Shown piece after piece: positions 21,595 to 31,939 of a stretch of 64,000 nucleotides of DNA (the first letter of the stretch is position 1; every line of letters starts with the position of its first letter). Made by a program: the position numbers and the translations under genes. The DNA lies in contig CALSPG010000006.1 in assembly GCA_943788175.1 (NCBI GenBank), forward strand, positions 256,316-320,315, in the 5' to 3' direction. Below the pieces are notes generated by a model, which had not been told where the DNA came from, searched no databases, and saw only the letters and a program-made list of their open reading frames with translations. This stretch comes from an uncultured bacterium. Lineage in GTDB: Bacteria > Fidelibacterota > Marinisomatia > Marinisomatales > UBA1611.

Positions 21595-22565
21595 TTTGAT
21601 TCTCTAGCAACTCCAATTTCTATAGCTCTAGGGGATAAATCAGTCCACCTAATTATATCAAAAGGAATTGAAACAGTTGGTATATAGAATTTTTTGTCTA
21701 GAGCCCAATCTTTGAAATCTACGATAACAGAAATGTCAGATGATTTAATTTTAGAAATCTGAGTGGCTCCACCTATCACAGTCAATGATACTGTTTGAGG
21801 AGATAGGAAAACACGCAGACCTTTAACTTTATTAATAACCTTAACTGGTATTTCTACGACAATTCGTTCACTAATTTGTTGAATATTTAGTGAATATTGA
21901 ACGTTTGTTTCTGAGTATTTAATCAGTCGATTTCTTGCTATCAACCCAATCTTTCTGCTCGTAAATTTTGACAAATTTTCTAGAGTATCAATCATAGTTT
22001 TTACCCCAATAATCTTCTCCAATTCAATTTTTGGACCGGTCAAAGTAATACTGTCTGGATTAAAAATAATTTTCCCGACTTGGACATGACCATCTTTTGA
22101 TATTTTTTCGATATTTGAGATTACTGGAACTATTTTTTCCACTATTTCATCTAAACTGATTTTAATCCGATTAGGATATATGACTTCGACAAAACTAACA
22201 TTGTAAGAAGGCGGGAAAACAACTTTTCTAGGGTTTTTATCGAAGTATTCATTTAAAATAAACTCATACTGTTGAGAGATTCCATCAAGGTCAAGCACTA
22301 GCTTAAAATTTGCGAAGTTTTGCAAAAGATAACTTTTAAACAAATCTCTTCCTTTCCCCTTAATCATTACGGATGCATAATCAGGGACCTCTTCTAAATA
22401 GGTTTTTTGGGAATTAAGATTTCTTGCTTCAATTGGAATATCAAGCATCATCGAGTACTGATTACCACTGATTACAAATAGCCATAATAAAGTAGCTAAA
22501 CTAAAAGCTCCAAATGGAAAAAAGAAATTTTGAATAAATGAGCTTATTGAATGATTTTTGTTCAT
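21591..22565 (-). CDS. YbbR-like domain protein (CdaR-like), membrane anchored
   Basis: 324 aa. Has an N-terminal TM (FGAFSLATLLWLFVI) followed by repeated beta-rich YbbR-type segments. There is no cdaA next to it. Confidence 0.4.
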   Translation of the reverse strand: MNKNHSISSFIQNFFFPFGAFSLATLLWLFVISGNQYSMMLDIPIEARNLNSQKTYLEEVPDYASVMIKGKGRDLFKSYLLQNFANFKLVLDLDGISQQYEFILNEYFDKNPRKVVFPPSYNVSFVEVIYPNRIKISLDEIVEKIVPVISNIEKISKDGHVQVGKIIFNPDSITLTGPKIELEKIIGVKTMIDTLENLSKFTSRKIGLIARNRLIKYSETNVQYSLNIQQISERIVVEIPVKVINKVKGLRVFLSPQTVSLTVIGGATQISKIKSSDISVIVDFKDWALDKKFYIPTVSIPFDIIRWTDLSPRAIEIGVARESK

Positions 22566-22608
22566 TGATTCACAAAATCTTTAATAAGCTTCATTTACAG
22601 ATCAAATT

Positions 22609-24510
22609 TTATTCTGACTCAGTCGGTTTTTCTTCTTTTTCAGCATCAAGGGCATTATCTAAAAGCTCCTGAGGAATATCTAATTTTCCACCAGTCTCTA
22701 TTTTTTGATTCTTTAAATAGTCCTTAACTTCATCCGTAGCAGTTTGAGTACTACCGCCACCAGCAAGTTCTTCTTTGAACAAAATTATTTTTTTGTCATC
22801 AGGAGATACTTTCATCACTATACCAGATAAATTAGCACCAACTTCATATTGACTAGCAAGAGACCTGCGATCTTTTTTAGACATTTTTCCAAATGGAATT
22901 ATTCCTTCAACATCCATATCAAGTTGGATAATTATTCCTTTATCTAAAATTCTTATGATTTCACCACTGACCTCTTTTCCAGATTCAAAATATTCAATTA
23001 TATTTTGCCAAGGGTCATCTTCAAGTTGCTTCATACCAAGTGAAATTTTTCGGTTTTCTCTTGAAACTTCTAGAATGATTACTTCGACTTCTTGACCTTT
23101 TTCTAGTACATTCTTTGCATGCCTCACTACTTTTGTCCAAGATAAATCAGAAACATGAACTAGGCCATCAATACCTTCTTTAAGCTCAATGAACGCGCCA
23201 AACTGTGTCAAGTTTTGAACTTTACCTAAATATTTGGTGCCAACTTCAAAATCTTTTTCTATTTCATCCCATGGATCAGGAGTCAACTGTTTGACACCGA
23301 GACTGATTTTTCTTTCATGAGAATCTATGGATATTACTTTAGCCTCAACTTTATCACCCATAGAATATTCTTCTGATGGGTTTTTTATATGCCTGGTCCA
23401 AGAAATTTCAGAAACATGGATTAAACCTTCAACACCAGGTTCTATTTCAATAAAAGCACCATAATTCGTTAAACTTACAATTGTTCCCTTAACAGTCACA
23501 CCAATAGGATATTTAATGTCAACTTCCTCCCACGGATGAGGAGTTAATTGTTTTAATCCTAGAGAAACACGTTTTCTTTCAGCATCATACTCAATAACTT
23601 TTACAGTTATATCATCATTTAGATTTATCATTTCTGATGGATGATTGACTCTACCCCAGGATAAATCTGTGATGTGAAGCAACCCATCAATACCACCTAA
23701 ATCAACAAAAACTCCAAAATCTGTAATATTTTTAACTCTACCTTCCATGATAGACCCAATTTCAATTTCTTCAAATAAGGCAGCCCTTTGTTCAACTAAA
23801 CTTTCTTCAAGTATCATTTTATGAGATACAACAATGTTTTTTCTAGCTTCATTAAGTTTAACGATTCTTAAGTCAATCTCTTTATCAACATATACATCAA
23901 AATCTGTTATAGGTCTAACATCCAGTTGTGATCCTGGCAAGAAGGCTTGAACTGCACCTAAATCAACAATCATACCGCCTTTAATCCTTCTAATTATTTT
24001 TCCAGTAATAACTGTTTCCTCTTCATAGGCTTTGATTAAACTTTGCCATCTAAGCATAAAATCTGCTTTCTCCTTAGAAAGAATTGTATTGCCGCTTGAA
24101 TCCTCAAGATACTCTAAATAAACTTCTACTTGATCTCCAATACCTGGTAAGCTGTCTTTACTAAATTCACTCCTGTCAATGATACCCTCAGACTTAAACC
24201 CAATATCAATTAAAACATCCCTATCATTCATGCCTACCACACGGCCATTGATCAGCTGATGTTCTGATATATCTTTCAGAGTGCTAGCATAAGCTTCACT
24301 AAGCTCAACTTCTTCAACTGCGCCTTCAGACTGACCTTCAAGTTCGTCTGATGCGATTATCCTAACATCTTCAAATAATGAACTACTTAAATAATTTTTT
24401 AATTCTTTCTCATCAACAGAAGGCGTTTCATCTACGCTGGTTTCTTTTTCAATTATTTTTGAATTATCAACCTCTTCAACTGAATTATCACTTATTATTT
24501 CATTTAACAT
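22609..24510 (-). CDS. rpsA: 30S ribosomal protein S1
   Basis: 633 aa with six recognisable S1 domains (e.g. GRVKNITDFGVFVDLGGIDGLLHITDLS, GTIVSLTNYGAFIEIEPGVEGLIHVSEIS). The N- and C-terminal tails are acidic. Confidence 0.95.
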   Translation of the reverse strand: MLNEIISDNSVEEVDNSKIIEKETSVDETPSVDEKELKNYLSSSLFEDVRIIASDELEGQSEGAVEEVELSEAYASTLKDISEHQLINGRVVGMNDRDVLIDIGFKSEGIIDRSEFSKDSLPGIGDQVEVYLEYLEDSSGNTILSKEKADFMLRWQSLIKAYEEETVITGKIIRRIKGGMIVDLGAVQAFLPGSQLDVRPITDFDVYVDKEIDLRIVKLNEARKNIVVSHKMILEESLVEQRAALFEEIEIGSIMEGRVKNITDFGVFVDLGGIDGLLHITDLSWGRVNHPSEMINLNDDITVKVIEYDAERKRVSLGLKQLTPHPWEEVDIKYPIGVTVKGTIVSLTNYGAFIEIEPGVEGLIHVSEISWTRHIKNPSEEYSMGDKVEAKVISIDSHERKISLGVKQLTPDPWDEIEKDFEVGTKYLGKVQNLTQFGAFIELKEGIDGLVHVSDLSWTKVVRHAKNVLEKGQEVEVIILEVSRENRKISLGMKQLEDDPWQNIIEYFESGKEVSGEIIRILDKGIIIQLDMDVEGIIPFGKMSKKDRRSLASQYEVGANLSGIVMKVSPDDKKIILFKEELAGGGSTQTATDEVKDYLKNQKIETGGKLDIPQELLDNALDAEKEEKPTESE

Positions 24511-25184
24511 TAATATAATGTCCTTTTTTGGTTAACTGTGTTTACGATTTTATCTATTACCTCATTGATAGTTAAATATGTTGTATCTATAACTAAAGCA
24601 TCCTTTGCTTTCATTAAAGGAGAGTGATTTCTTGTCGAATCTTTATGATCACGAACTTTCAAATCATCTAAAACACTATTCAACTCACTTGCATTTCTGT
24701 CCCCAGAACTGACTAATTCAATTAGCCTCCGTTCAGCTCTTGACTTTTCATCTGCAGTCATAAAAAATTTAAAGTCTGCATTTGGAAAAACAACTGTACC
24801 GATGTCTCTCCCCTCAAGAATGCAATCGGTATCACTTGCCATCTGCCTTTGGATTTTCACCATGAAATCCCTAACAATTTTTATTGCGCTAACTTCACTA
24901 ACGTTTTCACTAATAACACTAGTACGTATAAGATCAGTAACATTATTATTATTAAGTATTAAAACTGTTCTTTTTTTTGAATTAGAAAATCTTAATTTTA
25001 AAGATTCCAAAAAATCGGTAATTGATTTGGTATCCTTAAAATTTATCTGGTTACTAATCAATCCATAAGTAACAGCTCTGTACATAGATCCTGTATCAAG
25101 ATGAGTGATATTTAGGGCTTTGGCTACGCCAATTGCTGCTGTACTTTTACCAGACGCAGCGGGTCCATCAATAGCAACTATCAT
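24510..25184 (-). CDS. cmk: Cytidylate kinase
   Basis: 224 aa. P-loop IVAIDGPAASGKST. The cmk-rpsA adjacency is conserved. Confidence 0.95.
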   Translation of the reverse strand: MIVAIDGPAASGKSTAAIGVAKALNITHLDTGSMYRAVTYGLISNQINFKDTKSITDFLESLKLRFSNSKKRTVLILNNNNVTDLIRTSVISENVSEVSAIKIVRDFMVKIQRQMASDTDCILEGRDIGTVVFPNADFKFFMTADEKSRAERRLIELVSSGDRNASELNSVLDDLKVRDHKDSTRNHSPLMKAKDALVIDTTYLTINEVIDKIVNTVNQKRTLY

Positions 25185-25264
25185 TTTATTTTAACTCTCA
25201 ATAAGCCGGCGAACTTACTAGGAATATTGGACATTGGCAAAATATGAAATAATAACACTTTTTT

Positions 25265-25969
25265 TTACACTGTTTTTTTTAAACGATTAATTTCTTTTTC
25301 ACTTAAAAAACGAGATTCTCCTAATTTTAAATCACCTATATGTACACTCCCAAAACTGATCCGATTTAGAGAAAATAGCTTAATTTTAACAGAACGAAAA
25401 ATTCGCCTAACTTCTCTTTTTTTTCCCTGCTTAAGCTCCAACCTAGCTTCACATCTGCCTTTTATGAGTTTCTGACTAATAACTTTAGCTCGTCCAATTT
25501 CTCCATCACCGATACTTAATCCTCTAGTGATACGATTTAATTTACGAGTGTCAATCACTTTTTCTATGATTACATCATATTGTCTAGGAATTTGATTTTT
25601 AGGGTGAGTTAAATACTGATGTAAATCACCGTCATTCGTTAGTAGTAGAAGGCCAGTAGAATCTTTATCTAATCTCCCAACCGGAGCTAGACGTTTATTT
25701 GACTTTATATAGTTCATAACTGTTTTCCTTGCGAAAGGGTCAGAAACTGTCGTTATTACATTTTTGGGTTTATTAAAAATAATGACAATTTTCTCATCAT
25801 CAATTTTTAAAAGCTTACCATCATATCTAACTTCATCTTGACTTTTTACTTGATATGCCGGATCTAAAATAATTTCATTATTTACGGTAGCCATTGCCAT
25901 TTTTATTAGTTCATCAGATTTTCTACGAGATGCAATTCCTGATTTTGCTAAAAACTTATTTAATCTCAT
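25265..25969 (-). CDS. Pseudouridine synthase, RsuA/RluB family
   Basis: 234 aa. Has an S4 domain (MRLNKFLAKSGIASRRKSDELI) and the catalytic Asp block GRLDKDSTGLLLLTNDG. Confidence 0.85.
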   Translation of the reverse strand: MRLNKFLAKSGIASRRKSDELIKMAMATVNNEIILDPAYQVKSQDEVRYDGKLLKIDDEKIVIIFNKPKNVITTVSDPFARKTVMNYIKSNKRLAPVGRLDKDSTGLLLLTNDGDLHQYLTHPKNQIPRQYDVIIEKVIDTRKLNRITRGLSIGDGEIGRAKVISQKLIKGRCEARLELKQGKKREVRRIFRSVKIKLFSLNRISFGSVHIGDLKLGESRFLSEKEINRLKKTV

Positions 25970-25976
25970 TTATTTT

Positions 25977-26579
25977 TTACTCTTCCTCACTGGTTGAATC
26001 ATTTTCATTATCGTTATCAAAAACGGCAATTTGCTCTCCAAGATTGGGGTCAGATTCGATAAGTTCTTCAACTTCTTTTAACTTCGGCATATCTGTTAGA
26101 CGATTAATCCCAAACTTCTCTAAAAATAGTTTAGTAGTAGAGTAAAGCAGAGGCCTTCCAGGTCCCTCTCCACGACCTTTAATCATTATTAAATTTCTTG
26201 ACAGCAAAGTTTTTACCACTCCTGACGAGTCGACACCACGAATAGCTTCAACATCATATTTACCAATTGGTTGTTTATATGCAATAATAGCTAGTGTGTC
26301 TAATGCCGCAGCAGAAAGTATTAATTTATTTGATTTTCCTATTAGTCTACTAATCCAAGTATCAAATTCAGAATTTGTCACAAGTTGAAACCCCCCAGCG
26401 ATAGCTTTAATTTTGTAGGGTCTCTCATGCAAAGAATAAAACTCATTAAGCCTTTTAATTGATTCTTTTAGCAATGGCGAAGGACTATCAAATACTTTAT
26501 TTAAAAGAGTTTGACTTAATGGCTCTGAACTAGCAAATAATAGCGATTCGATAATTTGATCTAATTCTTTATCCGTCAT
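25977..26579 (-). CDS. scpB: Segregation and condensation protein B
   Basis: 200 aa. IIESLLFASSEPL start, two winged-helix repeats and an acidic tail; located next to scpA. Confidence 0.85.
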   Translation of the reverse strand: MTDKELDQIIESLLFASSEPLSQTLLNKVFDSPSPLLKESIKRLNEFYSLHERPYKIKAIAGGFQLVTNSEFDTWISRLIGKSNKLILSAAALDTLAIIAYKQPIGKYDVEAIRGVDSSGVVKTLLSRNLIMIKGRGEGPGRPLLYSTTKLFLEKFGINRLTDMPKLKEVEELIESDPNLGEQIAVFDNDNENDSTSEEE

Positions 26580-26585
26580 GACTAT

Positions 26586-27308
26586 CTATGCAATAACTAT
26601 TTTTTGAAGCTCTAGTTCCCCAAAGATTTCATCTTGAATTATACTGCAAACACCTTCTCTAACTAAATCTAAAATAGCTAGAAAAGTCACAACAACTTTC
26701 ATTCGAGTGTTCAATTTAGTTAAAATTGTAGAGAACCTTAGCCTTCCTTCTCCATCAAAATGTTTGAAAATAAAACTTTTTTGATCCTCAAGCTTTACAG
26801 GCTCTCTGCTGAGCTCAAATTGAGATACCACAGGCATATTGTCGATTGCATTTTTAAAAACTTTAGCCAAATCAAAAAGGGAAATATCAATAATTATATT
26901 TTCTTCATCTTTTAAGTGCTCTTCACTAACAATAGTTTCTAACTGCCTAGAAAAGTTTAGTCCTCTTTTTTTAGATAAATTTTTTAATAAATCGGCTGCC
27001 TCTTTAAAACGTTTATATTCAATTAACTGCTGAATTAGTTCAGTTCTAGGATCCATTATTTCACCATCATCATCAAGCTCCGGTCGAGGCAAGAGTAGCT
27101 TTGCTTTTATTCGCATTAATGTTGAGGCCATTACAATAAAGTCTCCTGCAATATGAAGGTGTACTTTCTTCCATTCTTCCACAGTAGTAATAAACTCTTT
27201 TGTGATTTTTGAAATAGGTATATCGTAAATGTTTAATTCATCTCTTCTAATAAAATACAGAAGTAAATCAATTGGACCTTCAAAGTTGTTTAATTGTACT
27301 TTATACAT
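26586..27308 (-). CDS. scpA: Segregation and condensation protein A (kleisin)
   Basis: 240 aa. FEGPIDLLLYFIRRDELNIYDIPI is the N-terminal ScpA signature. Confidence 0.85.
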   Translation of the reverse strand: MYKVQLNNFEGPIDLLLYFIRRDELNIYDIPISKITKEFITTVEEWKKVHLHIAGDFIVMASTLMRIKAKLLLPRPELDDDGEIMDPRTELIQQLIEYKRFKEAADLLKNLSKKRGLNFSRQLETIVSEEHLKDEENIIIDISLFDLAKVFKNAIDNMPVVSQFELSREPVKLEDQKSFIFKHFDGEGRLRFSTILTKLNTRMKVVVTFLAILDLVREGVCSIIQDEIFGELELQKIVIA

Positions 27309-28286
27309 TTAATAATTGAGACCCATCGCAGTTCTTATTTTGACTATGTATTCATCAGCTACCTTAGACGCCTTGTTTTTTCCAATCTCAAGCGTCTTAT
27401 AAACGAAATCCATGTTTTTAGATAATTGAGCCCTCTTTTCACGAAATGGCGAAAAATATTCAATAGTTTTTTCAAATAATTCTTTCTTTAGATCTCCATA
27501 TCTCAAACCTGGCGTATCGTACCTATCATTCAACCGTTCTTTCCCTTCATTATCTAAAAACATTGAATAAATTTGAAAAAGTGGAGTGTTTTTATCCTTA
27601 GGCTCATTAATGCCAGCAGAGTCTGTTAAAATTGACATCACTGCTTTTTTAATTATTTTTTCTTCTGCAAAAATCGGAATTGTATTCCCATACGATTTAC
27701 TCATTTTCTGACCATCAATTCCAGGAACCAACTTAGTATCTTGGTTTATACTAGATTCAGGAATGACAAGAATATTTCCATAGGTGTTATTGAACTTAAC
27801 AGCAATATCTCTAGTTATCTCTAGATGCTGTTTCTGATCTTTTCCGACAGGAACTATATCACTACCGTAAAGTAATATGTCTGCAGCCATTAAAACAGGG
27901 TAAGAAAAAAGACCCATGTGTGGCTTGAGCCCTTTTTCAATTTTATCTTTGTAGGATGTTGATCGCTCCATTAACCCTACTCCTGCCATATTAGATAGCA
28001 ACCAAGTGAGCTCCGTTACCTGCGGGACATCAGATTGTACCCAAAAAGTAGATTTCTCTGGATCCATGCCAAGCGCTAAAAAGTCTAATGCAGCATTCAT
28101 TGTATTGTTTTTAAGCTCATCCTTATCATGAATAGTTGTTAATGCATGATAATTAACAATGAAGCAAAACAAATCGTTCGCTTCCTGATATTCAATCATT
28201 CTAGACATCATACCAAAATAATTTCCTAGGTGCAGTTTACCCGATGGTTGTATACCACTTAATACTCTTTTTTTATTAATACTCAT
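27309..28286 (-). CDS. trpS: Tryptophan--tRNA ligase
   Basis: 325 aa. SGIQPSGKLHLGNYFG (HIGH-type motif) and KMSKS (GQKMSKSYGN). Confidence 0.95.
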   Translation of the reverse strand: MSINKKRVLSGIQPSGKLHLGNYFGMMSRMIEYQEANDLFCFIVNYHALTTIHDKDELKNNTMNAALDFLALGMDPEKSTFWVQSDVPQVTELTWLLSNMAGVGLMERSTSYKDKIEKGLKPHMGLFSYPVLMAADILLYGSDIVPVGKDQKQHLEITRDIAVKFNNTYGNILVIPESSINQDTKLVPGIDGQKMSKSYGNTIPIFAEEKIIKKAVMSILTDSAGINEPKDKNTPLFQIYSMFLDNEGKERLNDRYDTPGLRYGDLKKELFEKTIEYFSPFREKRAQLSKNMDFVYKTLEIGKNKASKVADEYIVKIRTAMGLNY

Positions 28287-28292
28287 TCGTAT

Positions 28293-28832
28293 TTAGTTCA
28301 AAGGCTCCATAAATAAATAAGGTCTCCAGTCTGCTTGCTTTTTTTTGACAAGTCTCTGAAAATAATGAATACGGTTTGGCCTCTTTGGTTTGTTTAATAA
28401 AGGCATCCTAGCTTCTTCGGGCGTCTTATCGCCCTTTGACTGATTACAATTTTTGCATGCAGCTACAAGATTCTCCCATGTATCTAGTCCATTCTTAAAC
28501 TTAGGAACCACATGATCAACTGTTAAAGCATTGCTTTGCTTGCCACAATACTGACACTTATAGCCATCCCGAGCTAAAATATTTTTTCTGCTGATTTCTA
28601 CAGACAAATTATTATTTTTAATATAAGTTCTAATTTTAATTACGCTCGGCAGCTCAAGAGCAATGGATGGGCTATTAATTTTATCATCATAATTTGACAA
28701 TACGTCAATTTTATCTAAAAAATGAAGAGTGATAGCTCTTTTCGCTGTACAAACTGTCATTGGGGAATAATTAGCATTTAGTACTAAAACGGCGCTACTA
28801 AGTAAGTTACTTTTAGAAAAACTTGGTTTCAT
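28293..28832 (-). CDS. HNH endonuclease domain protein
   Basis: 179 aa. CQYCGK...LTVDHVVPKFKNGLDTWENLVAACKNCNQSKGDK (HNH/zinc motif). Confidence 0.8.
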   Translation of the reverse strand: MKPSFSKSNLLSSAVLVLNANYSPMTVCTAKRAITLHFLDKIDVLSNYDDKINSPSIALELPSVIKIRTYIKNNNLSVEISRKNILARDGYKCQYCGKQSNALTVDHVVPKFKNGLDTWENLVAACKNCNQSKGDKTPEEARMPLLNKPKRPNRIHYFQRLVKKKQADWRPYLFMEPLN

Positions 28833-29569
28833 TTATTTAAATTTACAGCAACTGAACAAGTATGCATGTATATATCTCTTAATTTTTTATTCCCACTTTT
28901 ATTATTTTCAAAGGACTCTTCTTTAACCCACCCTTGACAGTGAATTAAATTAAAGCCTCCTGTTGAAATGCCGACATGAGATATCTTCCCGCTTTCTCCA
29001 AAAAAGTGCAAATCACCTGCCTTACTATCCACACCTTCTATTTTTGAGGTATTAAAGAATTTTGATTGCTGCCAGGCATCTCTAGGTAAAGACATGCCAC
29101 AGGCAAAAAACACAGACTGAACTAAGCCAGAACAATCAAAGCCAAGTGAAGATTTCCCTCCCCAACGGTAAGGGCAACCTAATAGCGTCCTAGCTATTTG
29201 AATTAAATTTTCTGGTTTTGGATTACCACCGTAATTAGTTCGGCTAAGATTAGAACCATATCTTTCATTGTTAACTGAAAGCAAATTATTGTTTTCATAT
29301 TTTAAATAAGTTCCGAATGGTAATACTGATTTATCCATAGCAATGCAATCTGGTTTAAAAGGCCTAGTTTCAAATGTCCCATAAAAAGATTTTAACCAAC
29401 TTATATAACCATCATTTTGTTCTATTTGAAGCCAGTCTTTATTAGTATCTAGAATTTTTACAGTCTCTCCGCATAATACTTCGGTGACTTTTGAAGACGT
29501 AAAAGTTGGATCAGAATACGAAGGTGCGATTAGCGCTCTCACAACGAATAAATTTTTTTGTTTTATCAT
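28829..29569 (-). CDS. NlpC/P60 (C40) cell-wall peptidase with an SH3-like N-terminal domain
   Basis: 246 aa. Catalytic block GCPYRWGGKSSLGFDCSGLVQSVF and a later His (SHVGI). Confidence 0.8.
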   Translation of the reverse strand: MIKQKNLFVVRALIAPSYSDPTFTSSKVTEVLCGETVKILDTNKDWLQIEQNDGYISWLKSFYGTFETRPFKPDCIAMDKSVLPFGTYLKYENNNLLSVNNERYGSNLSRTNYGGNPKPENLIQIARTLLGCPYRWGGKSSLGFDCSGLVQSVFFACGMSLPRDAWQQSKFFNTSKIEGVDSKAGDLHFFGESGKISHVGISTGGFNLIHCQGWVKEESFENNKSGNKKLRDIYMHTCSVAVNLNK

Positions 29570-29666
29570 TATTATAAATTATAAAAAATGGTAGAGACTT
29601 AAAACTTTATACAAAAAATAATTTTTATAATATTTTGTTAAAATAGAATTAAAATAGCACCAACAA

Positions 29667-29819
29667 TTTTTTGAATAAAAGGGAAGTTTGTTAAAATCAA
29701 ACACAGTCCCCGCTACTGTAATTGTAGAATACTAGTTTTTTATTATCCATCTTTGTTTTTACAAGGAGAAGGTAAACTAAGTTGAAACTACATAAGTCAG
29801 GAGACCTTAATTCAAAAAT
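29667..29819 (+). promoter_or_regulatory. Cobalamin (B12) riboswitch aptamer
   Basis: Conserved core aaaaGGGAAgtttgtTaAAAtCaaacacaGtCCCCGCtACTGTAa (29677-29721). Also CCAtCT...GGaGAAGG (29747-29772) and the B12 box AGTCAGGAGACC (29795-29806). The candidate P1 helix is tttttgaa (29668-29675) paired with ttcaaaaa (29811-29818). It lies directly upstream of a TonB-dependent receptor. Confidence 0.8.
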
Positions 29820-29887
29820 AAACTATAAAAAACACTTTCGGGAGAAAAGAATGGTTTTAATATATTATTATATTATTTTTGATTTTT

Positions 29888-29920
29888 TCTCCGCCCTTAA
29901 AAGGCGGAGAGGTATTTTTG
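29888..29920 (+). terminator. Riboswitch expression-platform hairpin (terminator and/or SD sequestor)
   Basis: tCTCCGCC-cttaaaa-GGCGGAGa followed by ggtattttt. The 3' arm contains GGAG just upstream of an in-frame TTG at 29918. Confidence 0.5.
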
Positions 29921-31939
29921 ATTAGATACATATTTCTTTCTTTTATATTTAAATTATTTTGTTGTGTTGTGCTTGCACAAACAATTTTAATTAAGAGTTA
30001 TAATAACCAACCCTTAGAGTTTGCCTACATTTTGAATACCTCAAATGGAAATTGGAGTATCTCAAATCAAAATGGGTTAGCCTCGATCCCGGATAAAACA
30101 AAATTTAATGACTCTTTATTAATTCAAAGATATGGTTATAAATCGATTTCTTTAAATTTTCAGAGTGGTGATAATTTAATACTCTTAACGGCTCAACCAT
30201 TAATTTTTAAAACTGTTGAAGTAGAAAGTAATAGAGGTATTTCGGCATTTAATAAGATTAATATTTCGAAATCATCTGGTCTGGAAAATATTTCACATAA
30301 AGAATATTTAGAACTATTACCTGGCGTACAAATCAGAACTTTAGGCGGTCCCGGAAGCATCTCAACCGTAAGTTTAAATGGCGGACCAACATCTCAAACA
30401 AAGGTTACACTAAACGGCTTTGATCTTTCGAATATGCAAACTGGCGTAACTGACCTTTCACAACTGCCAAACGCTTTTATTGATGAAGCAAGAGTTATAA
30501 CCTCTGGAAATAAATCGATAGGGTCAGGATCACAAAATGGTATTTTAGAATTAAGTACTTGGAGACCTGATAACTCTTTTTCTCAATCAATCAGCTCTTT
30601 AAATAGCAAAAGCTCATATGCTAAGCTTGCCTGGCAGTCCAAATTATTGCATACAGCCATCATATTAGGCGAAAAAAATGATAAGGGTGATTTCTTAGTA
30701 TCTTGGAGAGATGAATCATTTAAAAGAGAAAATAATAAATTTAATCAGTCATATGCTTCTCTACAATTTAATGGGAGAATAAGTAATAAATTATTTTTTA
30801 AAGGGCTGGGTTTAATTACAAAACAGAAAAGAGGAGTTCCAGGCCAAGTATGGTCACCTTCAGAAGCAAAACATTTTGATAATCTTAATATTTACGCCTC
30901 TAGTTTAAATTGGATTTCAGGATTAGGTAAAGGTTCAATCAAATACTTTTACCGCCAATCTTCTGATAATTACGAAAACCCCAAATATTCTATTGAAGAT
31001 AAGAATAACTTAAAAAGTTCATCATTAACTATTTCAAACTCTATTTTTAGAACAAAAAATATGGTCATAGATTTTTCGAGCAAAACTCAAAACCAAATTC
31101 TAAAATCAGACCAAAAAACATATAAAAAGAATATAATAACAACAAATTTTAGGTTAATCTATGAGCTGAGAAAACGTATCGTTTTCACTCCATCTTTTCA
31201 ACATAATTTTTCAGAAAACTTTTTCGATCATACCACATATTCGTTTTTAGGTACTTATAATTTTAAAAATAAAGTTTTTGATCAATTAGCATTATCCTCA
31301 TCTTCTCATTTTAGACATCCAACATTTAACGATTTATATTGGCAGCCCGGAGGCAATCCTGATCTTCAACCTGAATTTGGCGATAATTATTCTCTTAGCA
31401 TCAGTTTAAAACCAAACTATTTTGGTGCTTTTGATTTTATTTACTTCAATTCTATTACAGACGATTTGATACAATGGCTTCCAGTTGGGTCTTACTGGCA
31501 AGCAAAAAATGTGAATGATGTTAAAAGATATGGAATAAGTGGTAATTGGAGCAAGAATACTGAATATTTTCAAAGTCGATTTTCTTTTAGCCTTGTTGAA
31601 TCTTTTTTTGGTAAAGATAAATTACCTCTTAGGTACTCGCCAAAATCGATTGGAACTATTTTTCTTGAAAAAAAAATTAGTAGTTATACAATAAGCTTAA
31701 ATACACACTTTTCTGCAGAAATGATATCAATGTATAGTTACCCAAAAGATAACATTATCCCTGCCAGCACTACTACTTCCTTACATTCTTCAAAAACATT
31801 TAATTTTAAAAATTTCGAAGTAATAGGATTGGTATCTATTTTAAATATTTTTAATAACCAATACGAATCATATAAGGGTTACCCTGAGCCAGGGAGGTCT
31901 TTAGGACTCACAGTCACACTAAATCAAAAAAGGAAATGA
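29918..31939 (+). CDS. btuB: TonB-dependent receptor, probable corrinoid transporter (BtuB-like)
   Basis: The frame is open from 29879 (the track start, a TTG). I prefer the in-frame TTG at 29918, after the hairpin, which gives the signal peptide M-IRYIFLSFIFKLFCCVVLAQT. The protein has a CarboxypepD_reg-like N-domain, a plug and a long beta-barrel with alternating-aromatic strands. Substrate is inferred from the riboswitch. Confidence 0.75.
   Translation: MIRYIFLSFIFKLFCCVVLAQTILIKSYNNQPLEFAYILNTSNGNWSISNQNGLASIPDKTKFNDSLLIQRYGYKSISLNFQSGDNLILLTAQPLIFKTVEVESNRGISAFNKINISKSSGLENISHKEYLELLPGVQIRTLGGPGSISTVSLNGGPTSQTKVTLNGFDLSNMQTGVTDLSQLPNAFIDEARVITSGNKSIGSGSQNGILELSTWRPDNSFSQSISSLNSKSSYAKLAWQSKLLHTAIILGEKNDKGDFLVSWRDESFKRENNKFNQSYASLQFNGRISNKLFFKGLGLITKQKRGVPGQVWSPSEAKHFDNLNIYASSLNWISGLGKGSIKYFYRQSSDNYENPKYSIEDKNNLKSSSLTISNSIFRTKNMVIDFSSKTQNQILKSDQKTYKKNIITTNFRLIYELRKRIVFTPSFQHNFSENFFDHTTYSFLGTYNFKNKVFDQLALSSSSHFRHPTFNDLYWQPGGNPDLQPEFGDNYSLSISLKPNYFGAFDFIYFNSITDDLIQWLPVGSYWQAKNVNDVKRYGISGNWSKNTEYFQSRFSFSLVESFFGKDKLPLRYSPKSIGTIFLEKKISSYTISLNTHFSAEMISMYSYPKDNIIPASTTTSLHSSKTFNFKNFEVIGLVSILNIFNNQYESYKGYPEPGRSLGLTVTLNQKRK

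Noticed and set aside
28293-28832. The HNH endonuclease as a mobile homing element or defence gene
   Set aside because: It is embedded with start/stop overlaps in a housekeeping operon (NlpC/P60-HNH-trpS-scpAB). It shows no compositional shift, repeats or partner genes.
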